The notes below the pieces were generated by a model that was not told the origin of the DNA, made no database searches, and saw only the letters and a list, made by a program, of their open reading frames with translations. A DNA stretch of 64,000 bases from Octopus sinensis (lineage: Eukaryota): positions 11,945,579-12,009,578 of the forward strand of contig NC_043026.1 of the NCBI RefSeq assembly GCF_006345805.1, written 5' to 3'. This document shows positions 38,222 to 49,830 of the stretch, piece after piece (the stretch's first letter is position 1; each line of letters begins with the position of its first letter). The translations under genes and the position numbers were made by a program.

Positions 38222-39012
38222 TGTGCGGCGAGCTAGCAGAATCGTTAGCACGTCCGGCGAAATGCTTAGCTGTATTTCGGCTGCCGTTACGTTCTGAGTT
38301 CAAATTCCGCCGAGGTCGACTTTGCCTTTCATCCTTTCGGGGTCGATAAATTAAGTACCAGTTACGCACTGGGGGTCGATGTAATCGACTTAATACCTAT
38401 GTCTGTCCTTGTTTGTCCCCTCTGTGTTTAGCCCCTTGTGGGTAATAAAGAAATAGGTATTTCGGCTGCCGTTACGTTGTGAGTTCAAATTCCGCCGAGG
38501 TCGACTTTGCCTTTCATCCTTTCGGGGTCGATAAATTAAGTACCAGTTACGCACTGGGGATCGATGTAATCGACTTAATACCTATGTCTGTCCTTGTTTG
38601 TCTCCTCTGTGTTTAGCCCCTTGTGGGTAATAAAGAAATAGGTATTTCGGCTGCCGTTACGTTGTGAGTTCAAATACCGCCGAGGTCGACTTTGCCTTTC
38701 ATCCTTTCGGGGTCGATAAATTAAGTACCAGTTACGCACTGGGGTCGATGTAATCAACTTAATACCTATGTCTGTCCTTGTTTGTCCCCTCTATGTTTAG
38801 CCCCTTGTGGGTAATAAAGAAATAGGTATTTCGGCTGCCGTTACGTTGTGAGTTCAAATTCCGCCGAGGTCGACTTTGCCTTTCATCTTTTCGGGGTCGA
38901 TAAATTAAGTACCAGTTACGCACTGGGGTCGATAAAATCGACTTAATACCTATGTCTGTTCTTGTTTGTTCCCTCTATGTTTAGCCCCTTGTGGGTAATA
39001 AAGAAATATGTA
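38222..39012 (+). mobile_element. SINE family B tetramer (one head plus four ~185-bp bodies)
   Basis: Junction AAATAG|GTATTTC at 38456, 38641 and 38825. Confidence 0.88.
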
Positions 39013-39705
39013 TTTGTGTGTCATATATTGTTATTAAATTTCTATTCGGTCTGTGATCGTGGAACTGAAATGGAATTTGAAAAAAAAACAAAAAACAAAA
39101 GAAGGAATATTCAAGGTTGCAATACTTTTGATCATACTTTTTCACAGTGATGACTAACCTTGGGCTAAACAAATTAAATTATATTTGTGTTGAAATTTGT
39201 ATATTTTTCAGTGTATATTGAGTTCAAAAACTAAAATATTTTGTTCTACAAAATTTAATTTCTACTGTAAAAATGCGAGATGTAGCTTCTTAAACATAAG
39301 GACATTGTTAAAAGGAAATACATACCTTATCAGTGGAATTTCTTAACGAAAACTCCACAGGGTACTCGGTACAAGAAATAAATAATTAGCATTAATTGAA
39401 TTTCAGGTTTTAAAGAATTCGGCAAGAAAAGACGAAAACAAACGAATTCGCAGTTCTGGGAGATTGCGAAGAAAATATTGGATTTTCATTGGTCAAATTA
39501 AGTCATATGACCAAACATTACTAATTAGGAGAAGTCTGAGATTTTAGGGTGTTAATGAGATAATGTACTTCTTTTGTTTTAGTCGCTCGTTAATTCTTTG
39601 TACCTTACTTAATTGAGCAATTACTCGACACCTGACAATTTCGCTTTTTGTAGGAATTACGTTTCGTTTGAAGTTTGACTTCTTCATGCATCTCCATTAC
39701 GCAAA

Positions 39706-39706
39706 G

Positions 39707-39746
<40 letters not shown>

Positions 39747-39921
39747 GTCTGTCTGTCTACTTATCTATCTATCTGTCTGTCTATCTATCTATCTATCTGT
39801 CTATCTATCTATCTATCTGTCTATCTATCTGTCTGTCTATCTATCTATCTGTCTATCTATCTATCTATCTATCTATCTATTTATCCATTTATCTATCTAT
39901 TTATCTATCTATCTATTTATC

Positions 39922-40004
<83 letters not shown>

Positions 40005-40005
40005 T

Positions 40006-40066
<61 letters not shown>
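39706..40066. repeat. (TCTA)n followed by (TA)n microsatellite
   Basis: Direct reading. Confidence 0.95.
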
Positions 40067-40069
<3 letters not shown>

Positions 40070-40460
40070 ACAAAATATGTAAATGGTTAGATCATTGGAA
40101 CTTTCTTGTACTGTGTGACTTTTATTGATATCCCTATTGAATAAAATATAAAACAATATTCTTTAGTATCTAGACGGTGAATATGTAATCAAGAACGTTC
40201 CAAATTAAACATTTCTGTTTTATATATGTAGGAGACACAGTCAAAAACATCCTTTGTATTTTTAAGATAGTAGGTGTATGTGTGGTTTGATGCTAATCTT
40301 AACAGGTCGAATGACCATTTAAGGGCCTCCTCGTTGATACATAACAGTTATTTCGCTGTTATTTGGGTTTTTTATTTTCGTTTTGCAGCGTAGAAGGTGT
40401 TTGTAAGCCATTTAAGAAACACACAAAAGCCGTTTGATTCACTTCAACATTTAAGTTTAA

Positions 40461-40511
40461 TTTGTCAAAATATTTTCGTCGCTTTAAGACCGCGACCTGT
40501 TCACTGACAAA
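40461..40511 (-). ncRNA. Minimal hammerhead variant (G3-C8), copy A
   Basis: UUUGUCA-GUGAACA-G-GUCGC(9-nt loop)GCGAC-GAAA-AUAU-UU-UGACAAA. Confidence 0.6.
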
Positions 40512-40626
40512 AATCCATGCTGAATAAGGTTTATATATATATAGACAATTGCAGCGTGGAAGGTGTTTATAAGCCATTTAAGAAACACGCAAAAACCGTT
40601 CGATTCACTTCAACATTTAAGTTTAA

Positions 40627-40677
40627 TTTGTCAAAATATTTTCGTCGCTTTAAGACCGCGACCTGTTCACTGACAAA
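40627..40677 (-). ncRNA. Minimal hammerhead variant (G3-C8), copy B
   Basis: Identical to copy A. Confidence 0.6.
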
Positions 40678-41066
40678 AATCCATGCTGCATCATTTTGAC
40701 AAATTAAACTTAAATGTTGAAGTGAATCGAACGGCTTTTGTGTGTTTCTTAAATGGCTTACAAACACCTTCCACGCTGCAGTTGTTTTTGTTTCAGTACA
40801 CGATCTCAGATCAAATCACTTGCTATGCAAGTACATCTCTGTAATCTTTAATCTTTAAAAGTTGATAAATATTGATGATGTATTTGGTGATCCTTTGATG
40901 CCAATGTCTTCAGATAATCTGAAATAGGAACAAAAGTATAAGATATGGAAGATACTATTTTACTAGATTATTTTTATACAGATAAACTATATAGACATTT
41001 GCAGCGTGGAAGGTGTTTGTAAGCCATTTATGAAACACACAAAAGCCATTCGATTCACTTCAACAT

Positions 41067-41122
41067 TTTGTCAGTGAACAGGTCGCGGTCTTAAAGCGAC
41101 GAAAAAAAAAAATTTTGACAAA
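41067..41122 (+). ncRNA. Minimal hammerhead variant, copy C (stem III replaced by an A-run)
   Basis: Same core and stem II; GAAAAAAAAAAAUUUUGACAAA in place of GAAAAUAUUUUGACAAA. Confidence 0.4.
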
Positions 41123-41227
41123 TTAAACTTGAATGTTGAAGTGAATCGAACGGATTTTGCGTGTTTCTTAAATGGCTTATAAACACCTTCCACGCTGCAA
41201 TTGTCTATATATATATATGTATATATG

Positions 41228-41349
<122 letters not shown>

Positions 41350-41510
41350 TGAATGTTGAAGTGAATCGAACAGCTTTTGTGTGTTTCTTAAATGGCTTAT
41401 AAACACCTTCCACACTGCAATTAAGAAACACACATTTAAGAAACACACAAAAGCCGTTCGATTCACTTCAACATTTAAGTTTAATTTGTCAAAATGATGC
41501 AGCATGGATT

Positions 41511-41561
41511 TTTGTCAGTGAACAGGTCGCGGTCTTAAAGCGACGAAAATATTTTGACAAA
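41511..41561 (+). ncRNA. Minimal hammerhead variant (G3-C8), copy D
   Basis: Identical to copy A, opposite strand. Confidence 0.6.
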
Positions 41562-41735
41562 TTAAACTTAAATGTTGAAGTGAATCGAACGGATTTTGCG
41601 TGTTTCTTAAATGGCTTATAAACACCTTCCACGCTGCAATTGTCTATATATATATATATGTATATATGTATATATATATGTATATATATATTATATATAT
41701 ATATATATATATATTATATAATATATATATATATG

Positions 41736-41842
<107 letters not shown>

Positions 41843-41866
41843 TAAAAACCTTATTCAGCATGGATT

Positions 41867-41917
41867 TTTGTCAGTGAACAGGTCGTGGTCTCAAAGTGAC
41901 GAAAATATTTTGACAAA
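41867..41917 (+). ncRNA. Minimal hammerhead variant (G3-C8), copy E
   Basis: Stem II GUCGU/GUGAC keeps pairing through two G-U wobbles. Confidence 0.5.
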
Positions 41918-42812
41918 TTAAACTTAAATGTTGAAGTGAATCGAACAGCTTTTGTGTGTTTCTTAAATGGATTATAAACACCTTCCACACTGCAATTGTT
42001 TTCGTTCCAGCACACGATCTCAGATGATCGAATCACTTGCTATGCAAGTACATCTCCGTAATGTTTTCGTTTTGTTATGATTTATGGGCGGGACAAGAAT
42101 GAATGGGGGAAAAAAAAAAATTATACAACTGAAGGCATTTCTGAATGAATAGCATTATGTTAGGGACTTTAGCTTAGGACACCGGTGCCCTTCAAATGGA
42201 ATCTGTAAACGACACCGCTTACTCAGTCTGTTTGTTCAGCTAATTTCATCTTACAATTTGCGATAATTGTTTCATGTTCAGGCGAACCTTAACGTTTGTG
42301 GATCAGATAGGATGATGTATGTTTCATGGTTGGTCTTCCACGGCCTTCACCATTAAATATTTCATTTCGTTACAAACTATTGTGATTTGGTTGTTCCCTA
42401 TTTTACAGGGCAGAAGGAAATAATTGATTTCAGTCGCCAACAAACAAGTGAATATTGACTTTTCAGAAGCACGCATTCTTTGGATCGCCATCTCAACACA
42501 TTGTATATGTTTTTGTTTTTATAACTATCCGCATTGAACAATCTTACTTTATTAAGACCACACATGCACATCATCATCTTTTTGGCACTTATGTACACAA
42601 AGCCGCACAGGCCTTCACCGACATCGCCCGTATATCATCTATTTACATTTCTTGACGTAGAGATATAAATATTTTTGTCTGTCTCCATGTGTGTGTAACT
42701 TAGAGAGAATCCAGCCAGCGCCAAACATTCTATGGGTAAGTAGAAAATACATCTACATTGCGTATCTCATGATATCGTAGACAAAAAAAACTGAACCTTG
42801 GTCATTATTAAC

Positions 42813-44168
42813 ATGGAAAACGTTAATCACCTGGATACGTCTACCTCGGCAGTTTTTAACAATATTGATACAGTTACACAGACATACAACGACGAGAAAC
42901 TTTTATGGAGTGAAACACTAACCACTCAAGGTTCATTGTATGGAAATATTCCTGAATATAGCTGTGATACTTGTGGGAAAACTTTCCTTTTAGAAAACGA
43001 TTTGTCCACGCACAAGGAAATACACAATAGGGAAAAACCCTTTCACTGTGAAGTGTGTGGGCAATCTTTTGTAACTAACAGTTATTTAACAAGCCACATT
43101 AGGACTCATACGGGTGAAAAACCCTTCCATTGTGAAATCTGTGGTAAATCATTCTCGCATAATTCCACTCTTGTAGTTCATATACGAATGCACACGGGAG
43201 AGAGACCCTATCATTGTGACATATGCGGAAAGGCGTTCGCTGATAATTCTAATCTCGTCGGTCATCGGAGAATCCACACGGGAGAAAAACGATTCGATTG
43301 TGATATCTGTGGCAAGTCCTTTATCTTTAAAAGCGATTTTAACAGACACAAACGAATCCACACGGGGGAGAAACCCTTTTCTTGTGAATTATGCGGGGAC
43401 TCGTTCTCCGATAACTCCAGTCTTGTACGCCACCGAAGAATCCATACGGGAGAAAAACGGTTCCACTGCGAAATATGCGCGAAGTCTTTTGCCTTTAATA
43501 GCGATTTGAACAGACATAAAAGGGTTCACAACGGAGAAAGGCCCTACCATTGCGAAGTATGCGCAAAATCGTTCTCTGATAATTCCAGCCTCTTGGTTCA
43601 CCGAAGGATTCATACGGGAGAAAAGCGATTTGATTGCGAAATATGTAGCAAATCTTTTATTACCAGCAGCGATTTAACCAGGCATAAACGAATTCATACT
43701 GGGGAAAAACCTTATCATTGTGATGTGTGCGGTAAGTCTTTCATCACGAATGGTCACTTGAAAAGACACAAAATTATGCATACAGGAGTGAAAAACTATC
43801 ATTGTGAAATCTGTGGCAAATCATGCACTCGGAATTCTCATCTTGTTAGCCACATACGTAGTCACACCGGAGAGAAACCGTTCCATTGCGAAGTGTGTGG
43901 CAAGTCCTTCACGCAGAATTCTAAACTTAACCTCCACAAACGTATTCATACAGGTGAAAAACTCTTCCACTGTGAGGTGTGCGGAAAGTCGTTCGTCTTC
44001 AACAGTGATTTCAATCGACACAAAAGGACGCACGCAGTGGGGAAATCCCACCATGGCGAAACGTTTGGGAAATCCTTCACTCAGTCTTCTTGTCTTGTTA
44101 CCCACAGTTGTATCCACACTGGAGAAAAACCATATCTTTGTGAAATATGCGGGAATCTTGCGTCATAA
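42813..44168 (+). CDS. C2H2 zinc-finger protein, 13 intact fingers plus degenerate and frameshifted terminal fingers
   Basis: ORF from 42798 (TTG), first ATG 42813; N-terminus MENVNHLDTSTSAVFNNIDT is paralogous to the 57.8-kb gene. Confidence 0.92.
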   Translation: MENVNHLDTSTSAVFNNIDTVTQTYNDEKLLWSETLTTQGSLYGNIPEYSCDTCGKTFLLENDLSTHKEIHNREKPFHCEVCGQSFVTNSYLTSHIRTHTGEKPFHCEICGKSFSHNSTLVVHIRMHTGERPYHCDICGKAFADNSNLVGHRRIHTGEKRFDCDICGKSFIFKSDFNRHKRIHTGEKPFSCELCGDSFSDNSSLVRHRRIHTGEKRFHCEICAKSFAFNSDLNRHKRVHNGERPYHCEVCAKSFSDNSSLLVHRRIHTGEKRFDCEICSKSFITSSDLTRHKRIHTGEKPYHCDVCGKSFITNGHLKRHKIMHTGVKNYHCEICGKSCTRNSHLVSHIRSHTGEKPFHCEVCGKSFTQNSKLNLHKRIHTGEKLFHCEVCGKSFVFNSDFNRHKRTHAVGKSHHGETFGKSFTQSSCLVTHSCIHTGEKPYLCEICGNLAS

Positions 44169-44760
44169 ATTCTCATTTTGTAGTTCACAAACGTAGTCGC
44201 ACTAAAGAGAAAACAGTATCAGAGTGAAGTATGTTGTAAATAATTTAAAAAGATAAACGTAACACACAAGAGGAAAGCCTTTTATCTGTGGAGAAACCCT
44301 TGCAAATCTAAACGTAGAGTCCAGTAGCCTGTACACATTGAAGGACAATTAAAATAGTGAAATATGTTGGAAATAATTTAAAAAGATAAACGTAACACAC
44401 AAGAGGAAAGCCTTTATCTGTGGAGAAACCCTTGCAAATCTAAACGTAGAGTCCAGTAGCCTGTACACATTGAAGGACAATTAAAATAGTGAAATATGTT
44501 GGAAATAATTTTTATTGTATGTCCATGGTGTAGTCTACCAGTGTCTTCTCATTTGAGAGAAACCTTTTCACGAAAATATTTGTGGATTGTATACAAACTA
44601 TTGATAATGGAATTTACATGAGACAAAATCTATATCACTGTGAAATATGTGAGGAATTATCCAGTGTGAAGTAAGCCTTGTAATCTACAACTGAATATAA
44701 ACTGAAAAAAGGAAAAAAAAAATTGGCATTGTGGAATATGTTGGAAACTATTCCGGAAGT
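44150..44760 (+). pseudogene. Decayed zinc-finger repeats downstream of the 42.8-kb gene stop
   Basis: Shifted frame reads SCVINSHFVVHKRSRTKEK; later EKPFHENICG, LYHCEICEE and HCGICWKLF remnants. Confidence 0.7.
44224..44515 (+). repeat. ~132-bp tandem duplication in the 3' region of the 42.8-kb gene
   Basis: Units start at 44224, 44357 and 44489. Confidence 0.85.
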
Positions 44761-44793
44761 TTCAGAGTTGTGATCCACAAATATACCTTAGAG

Positions 44794-45189
44794 TAGTGGT
44801 TTTTCAACCAGGGTTCCGCCAGTACAGTCCAGGGTTTCCGCAAGAAGTTACAAAACTGCTAAAATCGACAGTAATTTTTAATTCTCCTGTGCAGATATGT
44901 GTGCATAAGACTATTAAATTATTGCACAGGGGTTCCTTGAGCCAGTGGAATGTTTCCAGCAAAAAGATTGAAAAGCACTGGTCTAACTCAGTGGTTTTCA
45001 ACCAGGGTTCCGCCAGTACAGTCCAGGGGTTCCGCAAGAAGTTACAAAACTGCTAAAATCAGCAGTAATTTTTAATTCTCCTGTGCAGATATGTGTGCAT
45101 AAGACTATTGAATTATTGCACAGGGGTTCCCCGAGCCAGTGGAATGTTTCCTTGGGGTTCCGCTCCAGCAAAAAGTTTGAAAAGCACTG
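44794..45189. mobile_element. hAT (Charlie-like) MITE tandem dimer
   Basis: TIR CAGTGGTTTTCAA / TTGAAAAGCACTG; 8-bp TSD CCTTAGAG; 8-bp inner spacer GTCTAACT. Confidence 0.85.
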
Positions 45190-45694
45190 CCTTAGAGAAA
45201 GATCTATTCACTGATTTTTTTTTTTTATCATTAAAGTTTATTAGAGTGACAGTCTCATTTATGATGATTATAAAGATGCAGGAGCAAAACCATAGAGGTG
45301 TGAGCATCTTCTTGCAGCAAATTGGAATGTCTTGAAAATAAATCAAGAACACCCCTTTTAGAAGACAAAAAAACTTTTTATACAGTACTTTGTTATGACT
45401 ATAGTCTTTATTGAGTGTGAAAACATCTCTTACCGTTGATACTTCTGAATTTTCTGTAGCAAGAATATCTCAAGATGGAAGACCAAAACAGGTATTAGTC
45501 ATACATTTGGTAGTGCTGAGACAAATGGGAGCAGTATTGAACATGAGTTCTATGTGGTGGCGTGGTGTGTTGGAAGAGAGAGATATTTTATATTAAGGAA
45601 AGTCTTTTACTACAGAGATTGATCATCAGGTGTCAGAATACATTTTTACAAAGAATATTGATGTTTCCAGGCAAGCTTCCTGGTAGAATGCTAT

Positions 45695-46455
45695 ATATTT
45701 CTTTACTACCCACAAGGGGCTAAACACAGAGGGGACAAACGAGGGCAGACAAACGGATTAAGTCGATTACATCGACCCCAGTGTGTAACTGGTACTTACT
45801 TAATTCACCCCGAAAGGATGAAAGGCAAAGTCGACCTCGGTGGAATTTGAACTCAGAACATAGCGGCAGACGAAATACCTATTTCTTTACTGCCCACAAG
45901 GGGCTAAACACAGAGGGGACAGACAAGGATTAAGTCGATTACATCGACCCCGGTGTGTAACTGGTACTTACTTAATTCACCCCGAAAGGATGAATGGCAA
46001 AGTCGACCTCGGCGGAATTTGTACTCAGAACGTAGCGGCAGACGAAATACCTTATTTCTTTACTGCCCACAAGGGGCTAAACACAGAGGGGACAAACGGA
46101 TTAAGTCGATTACATCGACCCCAGTGTGTAACTGGTACTTACTTAATTGACCTGGAAAGGATGAAAGGCAAAGTCGACCTCGGCGGAATTTGAACTCAGA
46201 ACATAGCGACAGACGAAATACCTATTTCTTTACTACCTACAAGGGGCTAAACACAGAGGGGACAAACAAGGACAGGCAAACGGATTACGTCGATTACATC
46301 AACTCCAGTGCGTAACTGGTACTTACTTAACTGACCCCGAAAGGATGAAAGGCAAAGTCGACCTTGGCGGAATTTGAACTCAGAACATAGCGGCAGACGA
46401 AATACCGCTAAGCGTTTCGCCCGGTGTGCTAACGTTTCTGCCAGCTCGCCGCCTT
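45695..46455 (-). mobile_element. SINE family B tetramer
   Basis: Four 170-185-bp bodies, single head at ~46455. Confidence 0.88.
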
Positions 46456-46654
46456 GTAGAATGCTATATGGGCTGTCATTATCACAATACGATTTCAAAA
46501 TCATTAACATATGCCTCATTAAACCATCAGTCATGTTGATGCTCTTACGAGACTAAAGTGTGACTCGGATCAGTTTGATACAATGTTCTTTACAAATGTT
46601 TTGATAATGATGAAGTAATTTCTGCTGAGTACTTCAAAAAATCATTTTAATACA

Positions 46655-47870
46655 TGTGGCCTTCTACATGGGATGGAGCCAGCCTACGTATGCATGCCTT
46701 CCCTTCTTGGGATACAAAACTCTACTTGTGAAGACCTGTTGAGGCAAGTGAGGATCAGAATCGAAATCAATCAATGGAAATTGCAGATGTGTTACCAGTG
46801 CCGGTGGCATGTAAGAGAACTTTCTGTTTCGCGACCGTTGCCAGCACCGCCCCGACTGGCCTCGTGCCGATGGCACGTAAAAAGCACCATCCGTTCATGT
46901 CCGTTGCCAGCCTCGCCTGGCCCTCGTGCCGGTGGCACATAAAAAGTACCATCCGTTCGTGGCCATTTGCCAGCTCTGTCTGGTGCCTGTGCGTGTGGCA
47001 CGTAAAAAGCACCCACTACACTCACGGAGTGGTTGGCGTTAGGAAGGGCATCCAGCCGTAGAAACACTGCCAGATCTGACTAGGCCTGATGAAGCCTTCT
47101 GGCTTCACAGACCCCAGTAGAACCGTCCAACCCATGCTAGCATGGAAAGCGGACGCTAAACGATGATGATGATGATGATGTAACTTCTGGATGACGTTGA
47201 TGAACTCTGATATTCGATTATAACAGATATCTCAAGATTTGAACTTACTGTTGCAGACTTAATCAATCATCATCATCATCGTTGTTTAACGTCCGCTTTC
47301 CATGCTAGCATGGGTTGGACGGTTCAACTGGGGTCTGGGAAGCCATGGAGGCTGCACCAGGCTCCAGTCTGATCTGGTAGTGTTTCTACAGCTGGATGCC
47401 CTTCCTAACGCCAACCACTCCGTGAGTGTAGTGGGTGCTTTATACGTGCCACCAGCACAGGTGCCAGATGAGGCTGGCAAACGGCCATGATCGGATGGTG
47501 CTTTTTACGTGCCACCGGCACAGGGGCCAGGCGAGGCTGGCAAACGGCCACGATCGGATGGTGCTTTTTATGTGCCAGACGAGGCTGGCAAATGGCCATG
47601 ATCGGATGGTGCTTTTTACGTGCCACCAGCACGGAGGCCAGTCAGGGCGGCGCTGGCTATGGCCACATTCGGATGGTTCTCTTACGTGCCACCAGCACTG
47701 GTATCACAGCTACAAATTCCATTGACATTGATCAATTACGATTTTGATTTTTGATTTTCACTTGCCTTGACAGGTCTTCACAAGTGGGGTTTTGTGTCCC
47801 AAGAAGGAAGGAATGCATAAGTGGGATGGCTACATCCCAGGTAGGGGCCACGGGATTATGGCCTCACAAT
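46655..47870. mobile_element. Tail-to-tail inverted pair of long family E elements
   Basis: Plus copy 46655-47181, minus copy 47268-47870. Confidence 0.82.
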
Positions 47871-48857
47871 CAATGATTGTGGAAAAGACTGACTACTAAG
47901 AAATGAACAAAAGACAATACTTTAACCCTTTAGTGTTTAAACCAGCCATATCCGGCCGAAATATTCTACTGGCTTTTTTGTTCAAACTAGTCAGATATGG
48001 TCATTCATAGCTACCTTATTGTGTCATTTTAAAAATAAAGAATCACATCATTGAAATCTCAAAGCCATGAAATGATGCAAGATTAATTTTACATGGTGTG
48101 AATACATAAGCTTTACATTTGACACAATAATCTGAATGCTAAAGGGTTAATTATTCAATAATTTTAGACATTTTTCTACACAAGATATCTCTCACTGATA
48201 TGGTTTTGAAAAGCATCTGTGTAATGGTGTTGTTGCTGAAAAACCAAATGGATGGTTGTACAGACATTTATCTAAGTTGGACCCCTTCATTTCATCATGA
48301 CTTCCACTTATTGTTTTTTTATCACATTCAATTACATTGCCATAACTGATATCATTATCATTATTATTATTATTATATTAATATTATCATGATAACTATT
48401 CATTATCAACATGGGAGTTGAAAAATTGATTACAAAAATAATAGCATTTATATTTATTAGTCAACACTATAAGAATGAAAGTAATGAATATATTAATGAA
48501 TGGAAGTATTGAAAATTTATGCTTCAGATTGACCAAAAGAACAACTCACCGAGAAACTCACACAAAATTTTATTTTTACTGAAATTTGAGACAAACTATT
48601 CACGTTTATATGTTAAAGTAAAATCTTATAAGTCTTGAATAAAAATCTTATATATATATATTTACAGGATGGTGTTTTCTTTAGTAAAATTGCTTCAACA
48701 CATAACTTACACCTAAAGACAGTAGCTGCCACATCTTCATTCAACTAAAACAGAACATTTCAGTAGCTAAGTTTTACTGACAATGGTTATATTGTTTCTT
48801 TGATTGAGTAGAATTCTGCTGGCAGGTGGACATCATTTAACGTCTATTCGCCATGCT

Positions 48858-49243
48858 GTGGAGGTGCAATGGCCCAGTGGTTAGGGCAGCGGACTCGCGG
48901 TCATAGGATCGTGGTTTCGATTCCCAAACCGGGCGTTGTGAGTGTTTATTGAGCGAAAACACCTAAAAGCTCCACGAGGCTCCGACAGGGGATGGTGGTG
49001 ATCCCTGCTGTACTCTTTCACCACAACTTTCTCTCACTCTTACTTCCTGTTTCTGTTGTACCTGTATTTCAATGGGCCGGCCTTGTCACTCTCTGTGTCA
49101 CGCTGAATATCCCCGAGAACTACGTTAAGGGTACACGTGTCTGTGGAGTGCTCAGCCACTTACACGTTAATTTCATGAGCAGGCTGTTCCGTTGATCGGA
49201 TCAACTGGAACCCTCGTCGTCGTAACCGACAGAGTGCTTCCAT
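48858..49243 (+). mobile_element. SINE family C
   Basis: Same consensus. Confidence 0.85.
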
Positions 49244-49348
49244 CCATTCGCCATGCTAGCCAGGCTCCATGTCGGTTTTTGCATGGTTTCTATGGCTAGA
49301 TGTCTTTCTACTGAAGTCAACAAAAGTGGCATCTTGTACTTCTGGCAC

Positions 49349-49830
49349 TTAACCCTTTCGTTACCGTATTTATTTTGAGATGCTCTGTTGTTCTTTCAAT
49401 TTCTTTAAATATAACAATGAATTTGGTAAAATAATTTAGTTATCATTAAGCTAGTGTTAGGAACATAAATTGTGACTAAGGTTTGGTGACAGATTTTAAT
49501 TCAGAACTTATGAAAACAAGACATTTGTACTACAGAGCCAGAGGTGGTTTCAACCAGGTTGGTATCAAAAGGGTTAAGAATTGTTTCTCTATTATATATT
49601 TTAACCCTCTTGTTACCATATTTCTGTTGAGATGCTCTGTGTTTCTTTCAATTAATTTTAAATATAACAAAGAATTTAGTAAAATAACTTCGTTATCATT
49701 CAGCTAGTGTCAGGAACATAAATTGTGACTAAGGTTTGGGGGAAGATTTTAATTCAAAACTTATGAAAACAAGACATTTGTACTACAGAGCCAGGGCCGG
49801 TTTCAGGCAGGTTGGTATCGAAAGGGTTAA
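49349..49830. mobile_element. piggyBac-like MITE dimer (family 2)
   Basis: Two units separated by the same 23-bp spacer, reverse-complemented. Confidence 0.85.

Noticed and set aside
38222-39012. Regular repeats as a CRISPR array
   Set aside because: Units are near-identical along their whole length with no unique spacers; eukaryotic SINE context; no cas genes.
45411-45596. RISQDGRPKQVL as an RTE C-terminal relic
   Set aside because: One weak motif only; needs a profile search.
47085-47110. CTGATGA-AGCC-TTCT-GGCT in a family E copy
   Set aside because: No GAAA follows the hairpin; it is a subfamily variant of the SINE body.
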